Of a stretch of 61,871 nucleotides of DNA, positions 59,998 to 61,871 are shown one piece after another. The stretch comes from an uncultured Elusimicrobia bacterium (GTDB lineage Bacteria > Elusimicrobiota > Elusimicrobia > UBA1565 > UBA9628): contig CAYHNV010000001.1 in assembly GCA_964358065.1 (NCBI GenBank), forward strand, positions 1 to 61,871. The letters are read 5' to 3'. The notes beneath the pieces were generated by a model that did not search any database, was not told the origin of the DNA, and saw nothing but the letters and a program-made list of their open reading frames with translations. How positions within the stretch are numbered: position 1 is the stretch's first letter; each line of letters begins with the position of its first letter. A program made the position numbers and the translations under genes.

Positions 59998-60797
59998 TTA
60001 AGCCAACTTCAATAATGAAGCTCGACCGTCCGCTCTGCGTTTTCGATCTGGAAGCCACCGGCACCGATCCGCTCAATGACCGCATCGTCGATGTCTGCGT
60101 CCTGCGCCACGACCTGGACGGCAAGGAGACGCTCCTGTCGTCTCTCGTCGACCCCGGCGTGCCGATTCCCGCCGAATCCACGGCGATCCATCGGATCACC
60201 GACGCGATGGTTCGCGGCGAACCGACCCTCAAGGACCTGGCTCCCAGGCTTCTGGAGATCTTCGAGGGGGCCGACCTCTCCGGCTTCAACGCGGCTCGCT
60301 ATGACATCCCTCTGCTGACGACGGAGCTCAAGCGCGCGGGTTTCGACTGGCCGTTGGCGGGCAAGCGGGTGGTGGATTGCTACACCATCTTCGCGCGCAA
60401 GGAGCGCCGCGACCTGAGCGCCGCCTATCGGTTCTATTGCGGCAAGGACCATTCCGGCGCCCACCGCGCGGAGGCCGACGCGCGCGCCACCGCCGAGATT
60501 CTCTTCGCCCAGGTGGAGCGCTACCCCGACCTCCCGAAGGATGTGGCGGGCCTCGACGCCTTCTGCTCGCAGATCGACCCCAGCCGCGTCGACGCGGAGG
60601 GCAAGTTCGTCTGGAAGAACGGCGAGGCCGCCTTCAACTTCGGCAACAAGCACAAGGGCAAGACCCTGCGCGAGGTTGTCGCGCGGGACCGCGCCTACAT
60701 CAACTGGATGGTGGATAAGGGCAATTTCTCGGCCGACGTGATCCGAATCTGCCGCGAGGCGCTCGAAGGGAAGTTCCCGGCGAAGAAAGCTCCATGA
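59994..60797 (+). CDS. DEDDh 3'-5' exonuclease (DnaQ/epsilon-like) with C-terminal extension
   Basis: Exo I is FDLEATGTD, Exo II is GFNAARYDIPLL and Exo III is HRAEADARAT. Start at ATG 59994, or at ATG 60015 (MKLDRP). Confidence 0.85.
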   Translation: MIKPTSIMKLDRPLCVFDLEATGTDPLNDRIVDVCVLRHDLDGKETLLSSLVDPGVPIPAESTAIHRITDAMVRGEPTLKDLAPRLLEIFEGADLSGFNAARYDIPLLTTELKRAGFDWPLAGKRVVDCYTIFARKERRDLSAAYRFYCGKDHSGAHRAEADARATAEILFAQVERYPDLPKDVAGLDAFCSQIDPSRVDAEGKFVWKNGEAAFNFGNKHKGKTLREVVARDRAYINWMVDKGNFSADVIRICREALEGKFPAKKAP

Positions 60798-61462
60798 AGA
60801 AGACGGCGATCATCCTCCTGTCGGGCGGTCTGGACTCGACGACGTGTCTCTTCTGGGCGCTCAAGAAAGGCTATGCCCCCATTGCGCTGTCGATCCGCTA
60901 CGGTCAAAGGCACGACCGAGAACTCTGTGCCGCGCGCGCGGTGGCCAAGAAGGCGGGGGTGCCGATCCATGAACTGTCGTTCATGCTTCCATGGTTGGCG
61001 GGATCGTCGTTGACGAACCGCCGTTTGAAGCTCCCGCGCTTGAGGCTGTCCCGGATCGGTCGCGGTGGGATTCCTTCCACCTACGTCCCGGGCCGCAACA
61101 CGATCTTCCTTTCCCTGGCGACGTCCCTCGCGGATTCGGTCGGCGCGGAGGCGATTGTCATCGGAGCCAATGCCTTGGATTATTCCGGCTATCCCGACTG
61201 CAGACCTCCATTTCTCAGCGCCTTTGCCGAAGTCGCCCGGCTGGGAACCAAGCGCGGGACTGAGAAGAAGCCGCTGCGGGTCTTGGCGCCGTTGCTTCGT
61301 CTCGACAAGAAGGGCGTCGTCCGTCTGGCGAAGAGGGTCGGAGTGCCGCTCTCGCTGACCTGGTCATGCTACGCCGGCGGCTCTCGCCCGTGCGGACGAT
61401 GTGATTCTTGCCAGCTCCGAGCCAAGGGCTTTCGAGAGGCCGGCGTCGTCGATCCGGCGTAA
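60794..61462 (+). CDS. queC: 7-cyano-7-deazaguanine synthase
   Basis: LLSGGLDSTT is the PP-loop. GANALDYSGYPDCR is present, and the C-terminal Zn site reads SCY...CGRCDSCQLR. Confidence 0.92.
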   Translation: MKKTAIILLSGGLDSTTCLFWALKKGYAPIALSIRYGQRHDRELCAARAVAKKAGVPIHELSFMLPWLAGSSLTNRRLKLPRLRLSRIGRGGIPSTYVPGRNTIFLSLATSLADSVGAEAIVIGANALDYSGYPDCRPPFLSAFAEVARLGTKRGTEKKPLRVLAPLLRLDKKGVVRLAKRVGVPLSLTWSCYAGGSRPCGRCDSCQLRAKGFREAGVVDPA

Positions 61463-61607
61463 CGCCGAGGATAATCCGAAGACACGATCAACCAGATCGG
61501 CACGTCGCGTAGCAAGACGTTGGTGAAAAATACGCCATTGGATTGATCCGCCAGCGCGTCGGCACAAGCGCATGGTTATGCGCCGACGCTGGTGCTAAAG
61601 CGGTTAT

Positions 61608-61871
61608 TCAACGGAGTTGGATTACAAGATTACGGTCAAGCGCGCTGGCTATTTTTGACAGAGTTGCGAGCGTCAAATTCTGATCCGCCCGCTCGATGCG
61701 CGAAATCACAGACTGTGTTGTGCCAATCGCTTTCGCGAGCTGATTTTGCGTCAAATGCGCGTGGTCCCGGGCTTTTGCAATATCGATGGCCATGCGCACT
61801 TCAATATCAGCCTTGGCATAGGCAGCCTTCCATGCGGGGCTCTTCTCCGCTTTTGAAAAAACTTCATCCAG
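61608..61871 (-). CDS. XRE-family HTH protein, antitoxin-like (HigA/HipB-type); 5' end beyond the right edge
   Basis: The track ORF starts at GTG 61799. My own translation shows the frame stays open to base 61871: LDEVFSKAEKSPAWKAAYAKADIEVRMAIDIAKARDHAHLTQNQLAKAIGTTQSVISRIERADQNLTLATLSKIASAL. This layout is typical of TA-antitoxin XRE proteins. Confidence 0.65.
   Translation of the reverse strand: MDEVFSKAEKSPAWKAAYAKADIEVRMAIDIAKARDHAHLTQNQLAKAIGTTQSVISRIERADQNLTLATLSKIASALDRNLVIQLR

Noticed and set aside
61554-61590. Imperfect inverted repeat (gcgcgtcggc ... gcgccgacgc, with an inner gcgcat/atgcgc) between the convergent queC and XRE genes, as a possible bidirectional terminator
   Set aside because: No T-tract follows it on either strand, and the arms allow competing pairings. 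The evidence is not enough to call an intrinsic terminator.
1-61871. Search for mobile elements, integrases, CRISPR repeats, rRNA or tRNA, and known defence-system hallmarks (nuclease/helicase/ATPase trios, Cas, restriction-modification, abortive-infection domains)
   Set aside because: No ORF translation shows transposase DDE, tyrosine/serine recombinase, Cas, restriction endonuclease, DNA methylase or STAND/AAA defence-type motifs. There are no regularly spaced direct repeats. The only nuclease is a DnaQ-like DEDDh exonuclease in a housekeeping context.

Overview
This is a high-GC bacterial fragment, and nearly all of it is coding. It looks like an uncultured or metagenome-type genome, and I cannot assign a taxon from sequence alone. 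I found no rRNA, tRNA, CRISPR array, transposase, integrase or phage genes. Positions 1-43.8 kb and 53.9-59.6 kb form an unusually large and chemically rich cell-envelope glycan locus. It holds a Wzx-type flippase and an O-antigen-ligase/polymerase-like protein with a TPR tail. It has two different initiating phosphoglycosyl transferases, one PglC-like and one WecA/MraY-like. It encodes Gmd and a complete-looking CDP-3,6-dideoxyhexose cassette (rfbF, rfbG, an RmlC-like epimerase, and an RmlD-like::E1/RfbH fusion). It also carries a DegT aminotransferase, an AsnB-like amidotransferase, GT2/GT4/GT9 transferases, six SAM methyltransferases and two radical SAM enzymes. Five DPM1/GtrB-like GT2 polyprenyl-phosphate-sugar synthases each sit next to, or are fused with, a GT-C (ArnT/PMT-like) membrane glycosyltransferase. 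The rest is mostly housekeeping: hflK-hflC, a CcdA/TlpA plus secreted MsrB-MsrA repair module, fumC, a DEDDh exonuclease and queC. Also present are a few orphan secreted proteins and a truncated XRE antitoxin-like gene at the right edge. The most unusual items are listed here.
- A B12-type radical SAM enzyme is fused through a TM helix and a Pro-rich linker to extracytoplasmic Ig-like repeats (40855-43779).
- A covalent GT2::GT-C fusion lies at 17598-20000.
- The RmlD-like::E1 fusion has no E3 reductase anywhere in the window.
- A GNAT::FAD (UGM-like) fusion lies at 19997-21880.
- A tandem pair of secreted TldD/PmbA-fold proteins lacks HExxxH, and the first copy is broken by a deletion plus frameshift.
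- An AT-rich islet encodes an LRAT-like (NCxHF) secreted protein.
All family calls come from reading motifs in the supplied translations by eye. No database search was run. The many long Arg/Gly/Pro-rich ORFs overlapping real genes are treated as high-GC artefacts.
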